From Camelus ferus (taxonomy: Eukaryota): 64,000 bases of DNA. The stretch is from the NCBI RefSeq assembly GCF_009834535.1, contig NC_045697.1, forward strand, positions 38,132,001 to 38,196,000. The letters are read 5' to 3'. Both the position numbers and the translations under genes were made by a program. Positions 22,529-34,505 of the stretch are shown here, piece after piece; the first letter of the stretch is position 1; each line of letters opens with the position of its first letter. Below the pieces are notes generated by a model that worked only from the letters and a program-made list of their open reading frames with translations, searched no databases and was not told the origin of the DNA.

Positions 22529-24049
22529 CTTTTTCTAAACTTTTCTTAAATATAAGCCTCTCTGGTAATTTTATTTAAAGAGGGATGGCATTAAATTTTT
22601 ATTTAGTTGTCTTAATATAATTTGACCACTGTAATAAATTAAGGGCTTTACTGACCAGTGTTGTGAAATAGGATTCCAGTAGATACTAAGTAAATGACAG
22701 GATATTATTCTCATACAAGCATAAAAAAATTTCTTTGTCTCATAAATTATGGATGATCAGTTGTACATATTTAATCAAGATATTACTTTACTCTCTAGAA
22801 AATTTTAAATTTAAATCAAGTTTTCAAATATTAGCTGTTTTCCAGATCAGAAGTTTTCAATCTTCTTTTTCTGCCTCAAAACACACAGGGATATAGCATA
22901 TTCCCTTCAGTAACAGCAATTCACAAAGTAAATTATTACTTACACAACCAGCAACCATTCCCACACCTGGAGTACAACAGAGCCAGACAGTGAATCAGTT
23001 TGGATTTTAATAACCATCCAACACATTCCATATATTTCCTTTAAATGCTCCAGAAGCTCACTTCTTATAGTTTGCACTTTGTTGGCTTAGTTTGCAGGCC
23101 TAGGGGGAGGGGAATCTAGAATGGAGGTTAGAGGAGGTAGACAATAAGTATCAGCTACAGCCTGGAGGCAATTTGCACCAGTGCGGACTGTAGCTTGTTC
23201 CATTAACTGTCCTGAATTGAGTCTTTCATAGAAATTGTGGCCAGCCACCATCTTGAGGGCTCTGGATTGGACTTAACGTAGGGCCAAGCCTCAAAGATAA
23301 AGATACTGTTATCAGGCAGGATATCCTAAGGGATCAGAGGTTATCTCCTAGGAGGTAGCTAAGGTCCAGTATCATAGAGACAGGCTTTCTTTGGCATGTA
23401 CAGGTTTTGGGCAACCCAGACCTGCTTCTACTGTACACATATATTGGTCTTATCTTCCTAAATAGAGCATAAGGTCCTCAAAGAAAAGGATCACACATTT
23501 ATACAGTTTTATCTCAAGTGAATACATACTTGGTTGTCCCCTTGTCACAGCAAAACAGCATTCCAAAATTTCTGAACTTAGTTTTCTCCCAAGAACATGT
23601 TTCAGTATTACATTCTGAAAAACACTCTGGAATTGCTTTAAAAAATGGTTTAACATCCATGCTGATTGCATGCAATTATTATTCACCTCTATGAAAAGCT
23701 CAAGGATCCACATTCTTGTTGACTCTCTACTCCAAATCTGGTCAAGGTCAAGGATAAGGTTATTTTATTGTATCACAGTGCCCAGGAGGAATTTCACTGC
23801 TAACACAGGGGAGTGAGAAGTCCAGATTTTCCCAGAATCATCTCTTTCTGACATCTTCCTTTTTGGTTCTCTTCCATAAACTCCAACTAATCAAATGAGA
23901 ATATCTGGAGTTGGGGACCAAGATCCCAGGTGATTATAATGTGGAGCAAGGGGTGAGAACTAGTTATGTAAAAGGCCAAGAGTCAGGTGAGGGCTCAGGC
24001 AAGCAGGTGCAGAAGAATCCTTTTGACCTACTTAGACTGGTTCCAGCTT

Positions 24050-24215
24050 AGACTTCACTAAGAAGGTGGTCCATGGATCAGCAGCATTGACTCTACCTGG
24101 GAACTTGTTAGCAATGTAGAATCTCAGGCCCTACCCAGTTAGATTGACTCAGAACCTGCATTTTAACAAAATGATTAGGTGATTTATTTGCATATTAAAA
24201 TTTAAGAAGTGGTGA
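24050..24215. mobile_element. MER5A-like MITE
   Basis: gtggtccatggatcagcagcatt...acctgggaacttgttag.aatgtagaatctcaggccctacc...ctgcattttaaca. Confidence 0.75.
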
Positions 24216-24784
24216 CCTAGGCAACAGGACTCCTCCTTATACCCCAGGGCTCCATATTGGAATTAGAGACCAAAATCTCTAGCTGACCAAGTAGTCCTTG
24301 GTCTGGCACATTACTCTCTTCTAGATAGTTGGTGAAGGATGGAATCAGGTTTCTGCCATTTCCATCTCACTCAGTCTATCATCTTAACTCTACTTACAAT
24401 TATTTGCAGAGGGTAAAGAGAAGAATGAAGAGATGCCAGAATTTATTCCATCAATGATACCAGATTACATAATAAGGAGATAGATTAACAGTGGGCTTTC
24501 ACTATACTCAAGAGGCTTATTTTACAAAGTAAAGATAATCAAGTTTCAGGGAATTGGTTAAAAATCTTCTGTGACTTTTACCCTTCGGCACTAAGCTACC
24601 AACTGGCAGTCCTATGCCAGGCCTAGACCTTACTTAAAGGAGTTTCAGACAAACCCATCTAACTCACGTTCTCTGAGCTGACCGGCCTTATCTCTGGATC
24701 ATTCTGTCAGCAGCAGCCTTAGAGGAAGACTTGAGATTTTAAGATAATGGCTTACAAATCTCAGACCTTGATAATGACAGTAAT

Positions 24785-24965
24785 GAATCTTTTTGAGTGC
24801 TTGCTATATGCAAAGCACTTGTTCTGAGAGCCTCAAAAATATTAATTCATTTAATCTTCACAACTGTTTGAAATACTACTATTACTTTTATACAGGTGGG
24901 GAAACTGAGGTACAGAGAAGTTATAAAAAGGGTAAAGCAAGATTCAAACAGAGGCAGCCTGATAC
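24785..24965. mobile_element. MIR
   Basis: attaattcatttaatcttcacaac...acaggtggggaaactgaggtacagagaagtt. Confidence 0.7.
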
Positions 24966-25127
24966 CTCCAACACCAGGCAGCAGACTTCACTACATGGAG
25001 AATCGATGCAGTAAAAGGGGAGGAGACACCTGACTCTCTCTTTCACTCATCTGGGGAGCATTTTTAAGTTCTACAATTAGATAGGTTCAGCCTTCAAAAC
25101 CTTCCCTCAGTTATGTTTTTATCTCTC

Positions 25128-25292
25128 CAGTGCAATGCCTTTCAAATTAATAGGCATATGAATGAGTCAGGGAACTTTTTTAAAATGCAGATTCTGACTC
25201 AGACTATCTAGAGTAGGGCCCAAGATTCAGCAGTCTAACAAGCTCCCAGGTAATGTCAATGGTGCTGGTTAAGGGTTCACACTTTGAGTAGG
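25128..25292. mobile_element. MER5A-like MITE
   Basis: aaaatgcagattctgactcag...gggcccaagattc...taacaagctcccaggtaatg...cacactttgagtag. Confidence 0.75.
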
Positions 25293-27925
25293 AAGACCAT
25301 AGGATACATAAAGATTTTTTTTAATGCATAAACTGACAGTCTCACCACTTGTTAAACAGATTTTGTAATAAGCGTTTTACTCTGAACGTCTGTGAGGCTA
25401 TCTAATTGTTTATAGGACTTAGAAATGCTCTCCAGAGGGGCAACGGGTCAGATGGTTTCTGATGCTATGTGGTGAAAAGCTGAATATTCTTTATTCTTGT
25501 AATTTGGTATCACTGGTATGTTTAGGATGAAGGTATTCTAAAGTATGTTTCTTATCTCACTGATGATAATAGTGGCTAATGTTATTTCCTTAGTTGATAC
25601 TTAACCTGCTTAATGCTTCAGATTTTACCTAATATAAGAAACACATTAACCAAATGGATAGTAAAGAGCAGTAATTTAATTTCTAGGCTGTAGACACAAG
25701 TGAATTCTCTTTTATTGCATTCTGTCATAGCAAAACAAACAAAAAATGTTTTATATATATTATTTTGAAAAGATGCTGAAGTCTGAATTTAAAAAGTGAA
25801 CTACAGAGTGTAGACCAAAATATCACTTATTGCCTACATGGCACAAGGGAGCACAAACTGCAAAATGATATCTCACACCTATCCTTTAAAATGTTAAATT
25901 TGGCAAATGTCAAAGTTATTTTTATAATGTGATGTATTTTTTTTAAGTGAACAGGTTTCAGACCAGCATATATAATTGGATGTCAATAGTACACACACAC
26001 AAAAGAAAGAGACAAGAATATGTAGTGAGATTATCAATAGTTATATATGGGCACAATCAAGGGCAGATAGTCCTCTCTCACTGTTTTAAAGAAACCAGAA
26101 AATGGCCCAGAAGTTCCTTGTGGACATGAAACTTCTTAAGACTCAAGTTCATCATGTTTTATTAAGAAAGTTGAGTTCCTCCTCTTCTGCTTGCCTCAGG
26201 GTGGAAGACTCAGTGAAAAGGACAAACATCAGGAAGGATACATAGAAGCAAGCAGCATGGTCATGCAATGCTTTTCTGAAAGAGTTCCAATTAGCTTAAA
26301 CTATAAATATAAAAATTAAATCACAGTATCAATACACCTCTCTCTTTCCAGACCTCATTTGTTTCCAGAAATTTGGAAGTTGATTTCTAATCCAAAATTA
26401 TCATGGAGCCTAAAGCCCACATTCATAATTCTGAGTCTGCAATTTCATAAGCTGTCTGTATAAGAAACTCAATTACTTTATACTCCACATTCCCCACTGT
26501 CCATCAAGATGCCATAGCTGATTCAACTGGGGCACTAGGAACAAGAACTTAAAGCTTCAGGAGTAAGGTCCTTCCAGAAGGAAACTCAGCAGCCCTTTTC
26601 ACAGACAACTTGAAGCTGTGTGAATCTTCTCCCTGGGCTGGGCCACTCCTTATTTGCTTACTGGAGTCTCTACAGACAGCTCCATAGAGAGCAGAGCAGA
26701 GCTTTTTTGGAGTCAGGTGCATCAGACAGATACTGCTTCTCATCTTGATCATGGAACTCATTGCCAGTTTTATTTTTTGTTTTGTTTTATTTTGTTTTTC
26801 CTCCTGGATTCTAAGATCTAAAACACTACTCAGGTGCCTTGGCAGCTGAACAACGTATCCTAACTCCTTCAGCACCTCCACTAAAGAACAGCTCCCCACA
26901 GGGTCTGGTCTACATTGAACGGCTTTTTCAGTGGACAAAAATTCTTACAGCTGTATAAGGGAAGTAAGGCTATGCGATATTGCACCATATCAGCCTCCTA
27001 CCTGCCCTTCAACTAGGGCAAGTGCCTGTTCAGTAATGTCTGAACTCAGATGTAAGGGAACTTAGGCAAAATCATAGATTCCCATTTATATGAACTCGTC
27101 TCAGAGCAGAGGAGCACATATAATAAGAACAATAGTATTTACTCAGCACCTGCTACCTGCTATGTACCAGGCACTGTTATAAGAAGTTTACACAAATAAA
27201 CTTATTTAAGTAACTATTCTGCAAGGCAGCTACAGAAAATATTGTCACAAAATAATATCTTCTTAATATAAAATAATGTTATCTCCATTGTGCAGATGAA
27301 GAAACTGTAGGTTGTGACTTAATAATTGAGTATATGTAAGCACTAAAAACTGTGCCAGGCACACAGTACATTCAATAAATGTTAACTATTCTTCACTAAA
27401 GAAAGTCTCAAACTACAAGGAAAGAGATAAAACAAGAAACAAGAAAGGAACAGAGAACTACAAAAACATTCAGAAAACATAGTAAAATGGCAGTAAGTAC
27501 ATACCTGTCAATACTTACTTTAAACGTAAATGGACAAAATTCTCCAATCAAAAATCACAAAGTGGCTGAAGAAATTAAAAAAAAAAAAAAAGACATCTAT
27601 ATGCTGCCTGCAAGAGACTCACTTCAGAAGTAAAGACATACAGAGACTGAAAGTGAAGGGATGGAGGAAGATATTCCATGTAAATAGAAATAAAAACAGA
27701 GCTGGTGTAGGTATATTCATATCAGACAAAAAAAAAAGAATTTTAAAACAAAGACTGTAATAAAAGACAAAGGACATTATATAAGGATAAAGGGGTCAGT
27801 CCAGCAAGAAAACACAACATTTATAAATATATATGCACTCAACATAGGAGCATGAAAGTATATAAAGCAAATATTAATAGACTTAAAGGAAGAAATTGAT
27901 AGCAATACAATAATAGCAGGGAACT

Positions 27926-28085
27926 GGGGGAGGGTATAGCTCAAGTGATAGAGTGTATGCTTCGTACACACAAGGTCCTGGGTTCAATCCTGAGTACCCC
28001 CTCTAAAAAAATAAATAAGTAAACCTAGTAACCTCCTCCCTCCAAAAATACTGAAAAATTAAAATTAAAAAAAATTAATTAAAAA
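27926..28085 (+). mobile_element. tRNA-derived SINE nested in the L1 endonuclease region
   Basis: GGGGGAGGGTATAGCTCAAGTGATAGAG...GGTTCAATCC and an A-rich tail. Confidence 0.9.
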
Positions 28086-28572
28086 GTAGTACAGGACTTA
28101 CATCAATAAACAGATCATCCAGACAGAAAATCAGTAAGGAAACATCAGCCTTAAACAACACATTAGATCAAATGGACTTGATATATGCAGAACATTCCAT
28201 CCAAAAGTAGCAGAATATACATTCTTCTCAAGGGTACAGGGAACATTGTGAAGGATAGGTATTATCAAAAAGACAAGAAATAGCAAGTTTTGGTGAGGAT
28301 GTGGAGCAAAGGGAACCCTCATGCACTGTTGGTGGGAATGTAAATTGATGCAATCACTATGGAAAACAATATGGGGTTTCCTCAAAAAATGAAAACTATA
28401 ACTACTATATGATACAGCAATTCCACTTCTGGGTATCTCTTTGAAGAAAAGAAAAATAGTAATTCAAAAAGATACATGCAACCCTATGTTCATTGCAAAA
28501 TGATTTACAATAGCCAAGATATAAAAACAATCTAAGTGTCCATTGATGGCTGAATGAATAACAAAAATGTGG

Positions 28573-28646
28573 TAGATAGATAGACAGATAGTTACATAGA
28601 TAGAAAGATAGATAGATAGAAGGAAGGAAGGAGGGAAGGAAGGAAA
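28573..28646. repeat. (TAGA)n/(GGAA)n compound microsatellite within L1
   Basis: Directly visible. Confidence 0.85.
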
Positions 28647-29859
28647 GACTAGTCAGCCATGAAAAAGAAAGATATCTTGCCATTTACAACAACATGAATA
28701 GAACTTGAGGGTATTATTCTAAGTGAATAGGTCAGTCAGAGAAAGACAAATATCACATGTTTTCACTTACATGTGGAGTATAAAAAACAAAACAAAACAA
28801 AACAAACAAAACATAACCCAGAATCATAGATACAGAACACAGATTGGTGGCTGCCAGAGTAGAGGGTAGTTGGGGGTAACAAAATGAGTTAAGGGGATAA
28901 AGAGGTACAAACTTCCTCTTTATAAATAAATAAGTCATGGGGATGTAAATTACAACATGTGTAATACAGTCTATAATACTGTATTAACTTTGTACGGTGA
29001 CAGATGGTAACTAGACTTATCATGGCGATCATTTTGCAATGTACACAAATGCTGGATCACTGTGCTGTATACCTGAAACTAATATAATATTGTATGTCAA
29101 ATATACTTCAATAAAAAATATTTAAAAATAAATGCTAGTTATTTTAATCACACAATTAGTAAGTGGTAGGGCTGATGTTCAAATAAAGGCACTCCACATG
29201 ATTAACCACTCATTTTCTACTGTCCCATCTACACAAACTGAGCTCTAAGAATAGCATTAAATATCCCATACTTACTCCACATACATCCGGAAACAAGATT
29301 TCTAATACAAAGATCTGATCACGTTACCCAGCACTTGCAGGATGAGGCCATCTCTTCTCAGCATGACATTTAAGTCCTCTCACCATCTCATCCCAGTCAC
29401 TGCTCCCCAACACCCTGTGTTCTAGCCCACTGTTCCACTCACCGTGACAGTACTCCTGGCTCGTTCAAAACTCTTTTCCTTGCTCTCTCTGTGTTCATTC
29501 TCCTCCTTTCAAAATGCTCTTTTCCAACTTCCCTACCTAATGCCCCCCATCAATAAAGCTTTCTCTGAAACCCCTCCTTCACCCCTAATCCCACCCTGCT
29601 GAACTGTTGCCTCACCTCTATTCTCCCACAGGAAGTTTCTCACACTTCCCTACAGCACTAACTACATGGCACTCAGGTCTCATGGTTTATATGTCAGCCT
29701 CTCCAACTGGATTGGGCACTCTTTTAGAGGAGGACCACAAGCAGTGATTACCTGAAAAGCAATTATTATTAAGTACCAACCACTATGTCCATTACAGTTC
29801 ACCAACTGTAACTTCTGGATTTGATTGGTCCTATGACTGGGACATTTCCTCTTCTCCAT

Positions 29860-30308
29860 TATCTCACCTTAGAAGCAAACCCTGAGACAAGGACTGAAAT
29901 GAAAGCAGTTTATTTGTGAGGTGCAGAAAGCACTGTCAGGGATGAGGAAGTGGGACAGGGGAAAGAAGGAAGCAGTAAAGGGTGTGTTATCAAGCCAGTC
30001 ATTACTGTGGGCAACTAGAGCTTAGCGCTGCTAGAAACAAATGGTATAATACACACCATGAAATTATCCACCCTAGAGGAAGAGTTGTTGGATATTTGTA
30101 AACCAGGTCCCAAGAGTTCTTGGTTAAGAGTGGTCAGGGTTATTAATTCCCCATTCCTTCCTTCTAGCCTAGCCCTTATATCTGAGAGGAGCACAAGGCT
30201 CTGGAACAGGCATCGGGCAAAGAGACGCTGATACTGGCAGCTGGAAGTGGGCTAGTGCATGCGGGGGTGGCAAGGGAGGAATCTGGGTGAGGCACTGACA
30301 GCACCTGT
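29860..30308 (-). mobile_element. LTR16/LTR33-like ERVL LTR
   Basis: gaagcaaaccctgagacaagga...gcagtttatttgtgaggtg matches the reverse of the LTR16-class 3' end, including its AATAAA. Confidence 0.65.
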
Positions 30309-32679
30309 CCAGGATGCCACTCGGAAATCCCCGAGGGCTGTGGAGGAGGAACGTGAGTTAGAATTTTGGAAGGTTTCCAGTCATTCTCACTTGATAGTAG
30401 AGTTTCTTAACTCCTAGAACACAATAAAAATTCCCTGTCTTTGGAACTAAAGAACATAGGTGATTGGAAGCCTGAAGGTAATATGAGACTGAACTCATGG
30501 ATAAAATCTAATACAAATTGGTACTAGTATTATGTTTGCATTATAGATGAGGTTATAATTTGAGGAATAGGTGAATATCCACTATAAATCAAGAAATTTT
30601 AAAAAAATGTTTCAGTCAAAACAAAATGAGCACCAACTGCAAATGGAGAGTATGGTCTTCAGTCATGGATAAATAAGCCAAATAAATATAAAGACATTTA
30701 ATAGCAAGTTAATAAAGAATTCAGCAGATAGGATCTGGGAAAACACATCCCGAAGGAAAAAGTGTATTAAGAACCTGAATAGCTATACTGCAGCTGAGCT
30801 TGTGGTCCAAGGATCTCCAGGTTTTCATAAGGGAGTTTTTTGGAGAACAAACCAATATAGGAGCAAAACATAAATGAGCAGAATCTCTGATAATAGCTTA
30901 TGGGGAATAGTGCTATGTTATTTTTTAAATTTTCCCCAGCAGTGTTTTTATAGCTACCTTAGCAAGCAAAATTAAAGTTTTAAAAGTAACTGCTGGCAAG
31001 GAGCTGTGGTAGTTACCCCATTCAGACCAAGCCATGTCTGTGCGGGCAGTACCTTGTAGGTAGGGAAAAGGGATAAAGAACTGATCTGATTTAAAAACAT
31101 TAGCCCCTAGGCCAAAGGTAGCCAAATTAAAAAACAAACAAACAAATCAAAAGGATTCCTGACCAAAAACAGAAAGAGAATTTATCTGTGTGATATTAAC
31201 ATCTCTTAGTAAAGAATGTTGCAGTAAGAGAGGGTGGTCTACATGGAAATACAGAAATGGGGGTGAGAACAACTAAAGTTTGCAGTGTTCATCCGACTAA
31301 CATTATTCAGGGGAGAACCTAAGGAAAATAAATATACTTACTAAAGGGCAGTGCCCTGCTCTGAGTTAGAAACGACTCATTCAGCTTCCAGCCATACCAT
31401 CACCCTCTCCTTGCTCTGACTTTGTGCTCACAGAGCAACCAACTGACTTATGTCCATACAGGCTTTAAGATATCGTGAAATCAGGAAGAACTTCCCCAGG
31501 GCAGATGTGCATGTGTCATGTGCCCATCATAAACTGATAATTTGGAAAGTGATGTTAGTTTAATCAGACCACTTGGGTCAGATGCATTTTTGGGTAGGCT
31601 GAGAAAGTGAAGTTCCTGGGTCACAAAACTAGACTTGGGAGTCCGGTGATTTCATCAAGGTAACGCCAATCTCTGACATCTTGCCTAGGCAACTAGTCAA
31701 GCAACCCCTACCCAGATGATCTCTGTGCCTTCAAACTGGACAGTATTACCCACATTAGTAGTAAATGTAGAAAAACATATACAAACAAGGACTTTCTCAA
31801 TATTCACAGGCAAAGAGGGCCAGGACAGCCTGAAGAGGCCAGACTTTGGAGGGAAGATAACCAAAATACTTTGTACCTCTGCCTTCACCTGTAAGATGGA
31901 AATAATTATATCTCTTCCTGCCAGGACATCAGAACTTATACACACAAATATTGTTCTCCAAATTCATCCTAAGAATCTATATGTCCTTTCCAAAAAAGTT
32001 ACTGTTCAAAATGCTTTTTTGGAACTTTACCTTGAAATTTCCCCTCAAAGCCATCTTTCAGGCAACAAAACAAACTCTGTCTTATTTACCAGGGTCACAC
32101 CTCAGTTCCCAACAAAAAGCAACTTGTCACAATCTAATTACCCACTTTAGCCATCATACAATGCTGTGAATGATAACTCCAGTCAGTTTACAACTGTGAC
32201 TTCACACTCCCCAGCCCACAAGCATGGCTGGACTCTGGACTTTGTTTCACTAGCTCCAGCTCTCTTTCTCTACCCTGCCACAAACCCTAGAAAGAGTAGT
32301 TTGCATTTCTGCTTCTTAATTCCTCCAAAATTACTCACCATGGACAACCTGACTTCCCTTCCTCTACTCTACTAAATTCCCTCATCAAAGATCACCAACA
32401 GCTTTCTAAAAGCCAAACTCAACCACATCCTGTTTCTCTAGAGCATCCAACCTAGTGACCAGATCCTCCTGACACACCTCTCTTGATATCTATGTCAGCC
32501 TTTTCTTCCGCTTCCCCTCTTGTCTCTCTGATTACACCTCAATACATTCTGATTCTTTTTTTCTTGAATATAGGCTTTTCCTGAGTTCTGGCTTTTGGAT
32601 CTCTTCTCACTTCATACTGTCTCACTGGGCAAATTTAATCATTTCATGGCTTAACATTAACTAGGTGTAGCTGTCTCTT

Positions 32680-33446
32680 TTTAAAATTTTTAAAAACATT
32701 TTCTACAATTTTTAAAGGTTACTTTCCATTCTCAGCTATTACAAAATATTGAGTCTATTCCCCATGCTATACAATACATCCTTGAGCCTATCTTGCACCC
32801 AGTAGTTTGTACCTCCCACGCCCCCACCCCTACTGCTCCTCCCTGCAACTCATAACCACTAGTTTGTTCTCTATATCTGTGAGTCTGCCTCTCTTTTGTT
32901 ATATTCATTAGTCTGTGGTATTTCTTAGATTTCACATATAAGTGATATTATACAGTATTTGTCTTTCTCTGTCTGACTTATTTCACTTAGCATAACGCCC
33001 TCCAAGTCCATCCATGTTGCTGCAAATGGCAAATTTCACTCTTCTTTATAGCTGAGTAGTATTCCATTGTGTGTGTGTGTGTATACACACTGCATCATTT
33101 TTATCCATTCATCTGTTGATAAGCACACAGGTTGCTTCCATATCTTGGCAACTGTAAATAATGCTGCTGTGAACTGCAGTGTTTTTGCTTTTTTCAGATA
33201 TATACCCAGGAGTAGAACTGCTGAGTCATATGGTAGTACTATTTTTCAGTTTTTTGAGAAACCTTCATACTGTTTTCCACAGTGGCTACACCAATTTACA
33301 TTCCTACCAACAGTGTACGAGGGTTCCTTTTTCTCCACATTCTCTCCAACACTTGTTATTTGTGTTCTTATTATTGATGGCCATACCAACAGAGGTGAGG
33401 TGATAGCTCATTGTGGTTTTGATTTGCATTTTCCTTATGATTAGTG
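32680..33446 (-). mobile_element. 5'-truncated L1, plus a second short L1 3' end at about 33480-33630, within L2 relics
   Basis: Antisense L1 3' UTR (tttaaaggttactttccatt...gtggttttgatttgcatttt). L2-like sequence flanks it at about 32330-32660 and 33680-34200. Confidence 0.85.
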
Positions 33447-34447
33447 GACATAGCTATCCCTCTTTTTTTTTCTTACAGTTTACTTTTTAAAAAAAAAACT
33501 GAAGTACTGTTGATTTATAATACTGTGTTAGTTTCTGGTGTACAGCAAAGTGATTCAGTTATACATACAAATAAATATTCTTTTTCAGATTCTTTTCCAT
33601 TATGGGTTATTACAAGATATTGAATATGTTTCTTAAGTTGGAGTATAGAAAAGCAAACAAAACTAACACAATAATAAGTTAGGTGTTATAATAAAGTACA
33701 ATGTTTTATATTACATAAAATGCAAGAGAAAATGATTACTTCTGCCTTTGAGAAGGCAGCTCAGGAGAGCAAAGACAAAGAGGAATTCCAGGCAGAGGCG
33801 AACTGCAGGAGAGAGGGCTCAGAGGTCAGAAGGTACACAGGATGCCCAGGTAAGTGACAGTGAGAAATCTTACTATGGGGGAGAGAGGATGGAGGCAAAT
33901 CTGGAGGGAAGAGCTTAGCAAGGTTGGAAAGAGGCTTTGTTTACTGTTCTAAGATGTACAGTCTTTATTCAGAGGGTGATGAGACGCCATCAAGAGTTTC
34001 AAGTGGATAGATGCCTGGTTAAGATCTGTGTTTTAGATAGATCATGCTAATTCAATGTGGGAGACTGGATGGGAGAAGAGAGAGCTGGGAAACAAGGGCT
34101 ATTGTGCACATTCAGGACTGACTCAGGCAGTGGGTGTGGATAGGAGCGGATGGAGGAGACAGCTCAACAGAGCCTAGGGTCCTCGCTATTCAGAGTGATT
34201 ATGGCAACTTAACATGAGGGAAAGAACGGCACATGGGAGTGTGTGCATATTTGCCCATTCGTGTATTCAAACTCAGCTTTTTTTCATTTATTCCTTAAGC
34301 ACAGCACCTAACAAACTCCAGATTATGAATTTTATTCTACTTGCCGTGTTTTGTGATTGCTCATTATTTTAGATTAGTTGGGAATTTGTGATGAAGATAA
34401 TTGCTGGGTACAATTTAACTTGGCCCTGTTTGCTAAAAAAGAAATGG

Positions 34448-34505
34448 AGGGAGGAAGGGAAGGAGGAGGAAGGAAGGAAGGAAGGAAGGAAGGAAGGAAG
34501 GAAAG
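34448..34505. repeat. (GGAA)n purine-rich repeat
   Basis: Directly visible. Confidence 0.9.

Larger units (their letters stand above)
27391..29126 (+). mobile_element. L1 with ORF2 endonuclease region fused directly to the 3' end, inserted in a MIR
   Basis: ORF ICCLQETHFRSKD..RLKVKGWRKIFH.N.N..RAGV.I.ISDK is the L1 ORF2 APE endonuclease. At about 28258 it jumps to the ORF2 C-terminus/3' UTR. Diverged TSD at 27374-27390 and 29127-29143. Confidence 0.88.

Noticed and set aside
26549..26938. 129-aa minus-strand ORF
   Set aside because: Non-ATG start, spans a (TTTTG)n tract, no recognisable homology or exon boundaries.
27530..27760. Endonuclease-like ORF as a functional gene
   Set aside because: Fragment of a frameshifted, SINE-interrupted, internally deleted L1 ORF2.
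31697..32169. 144-aa and overlapping ORFs
   Set aside because: Include a MIR-like fragment; no homology recognised.
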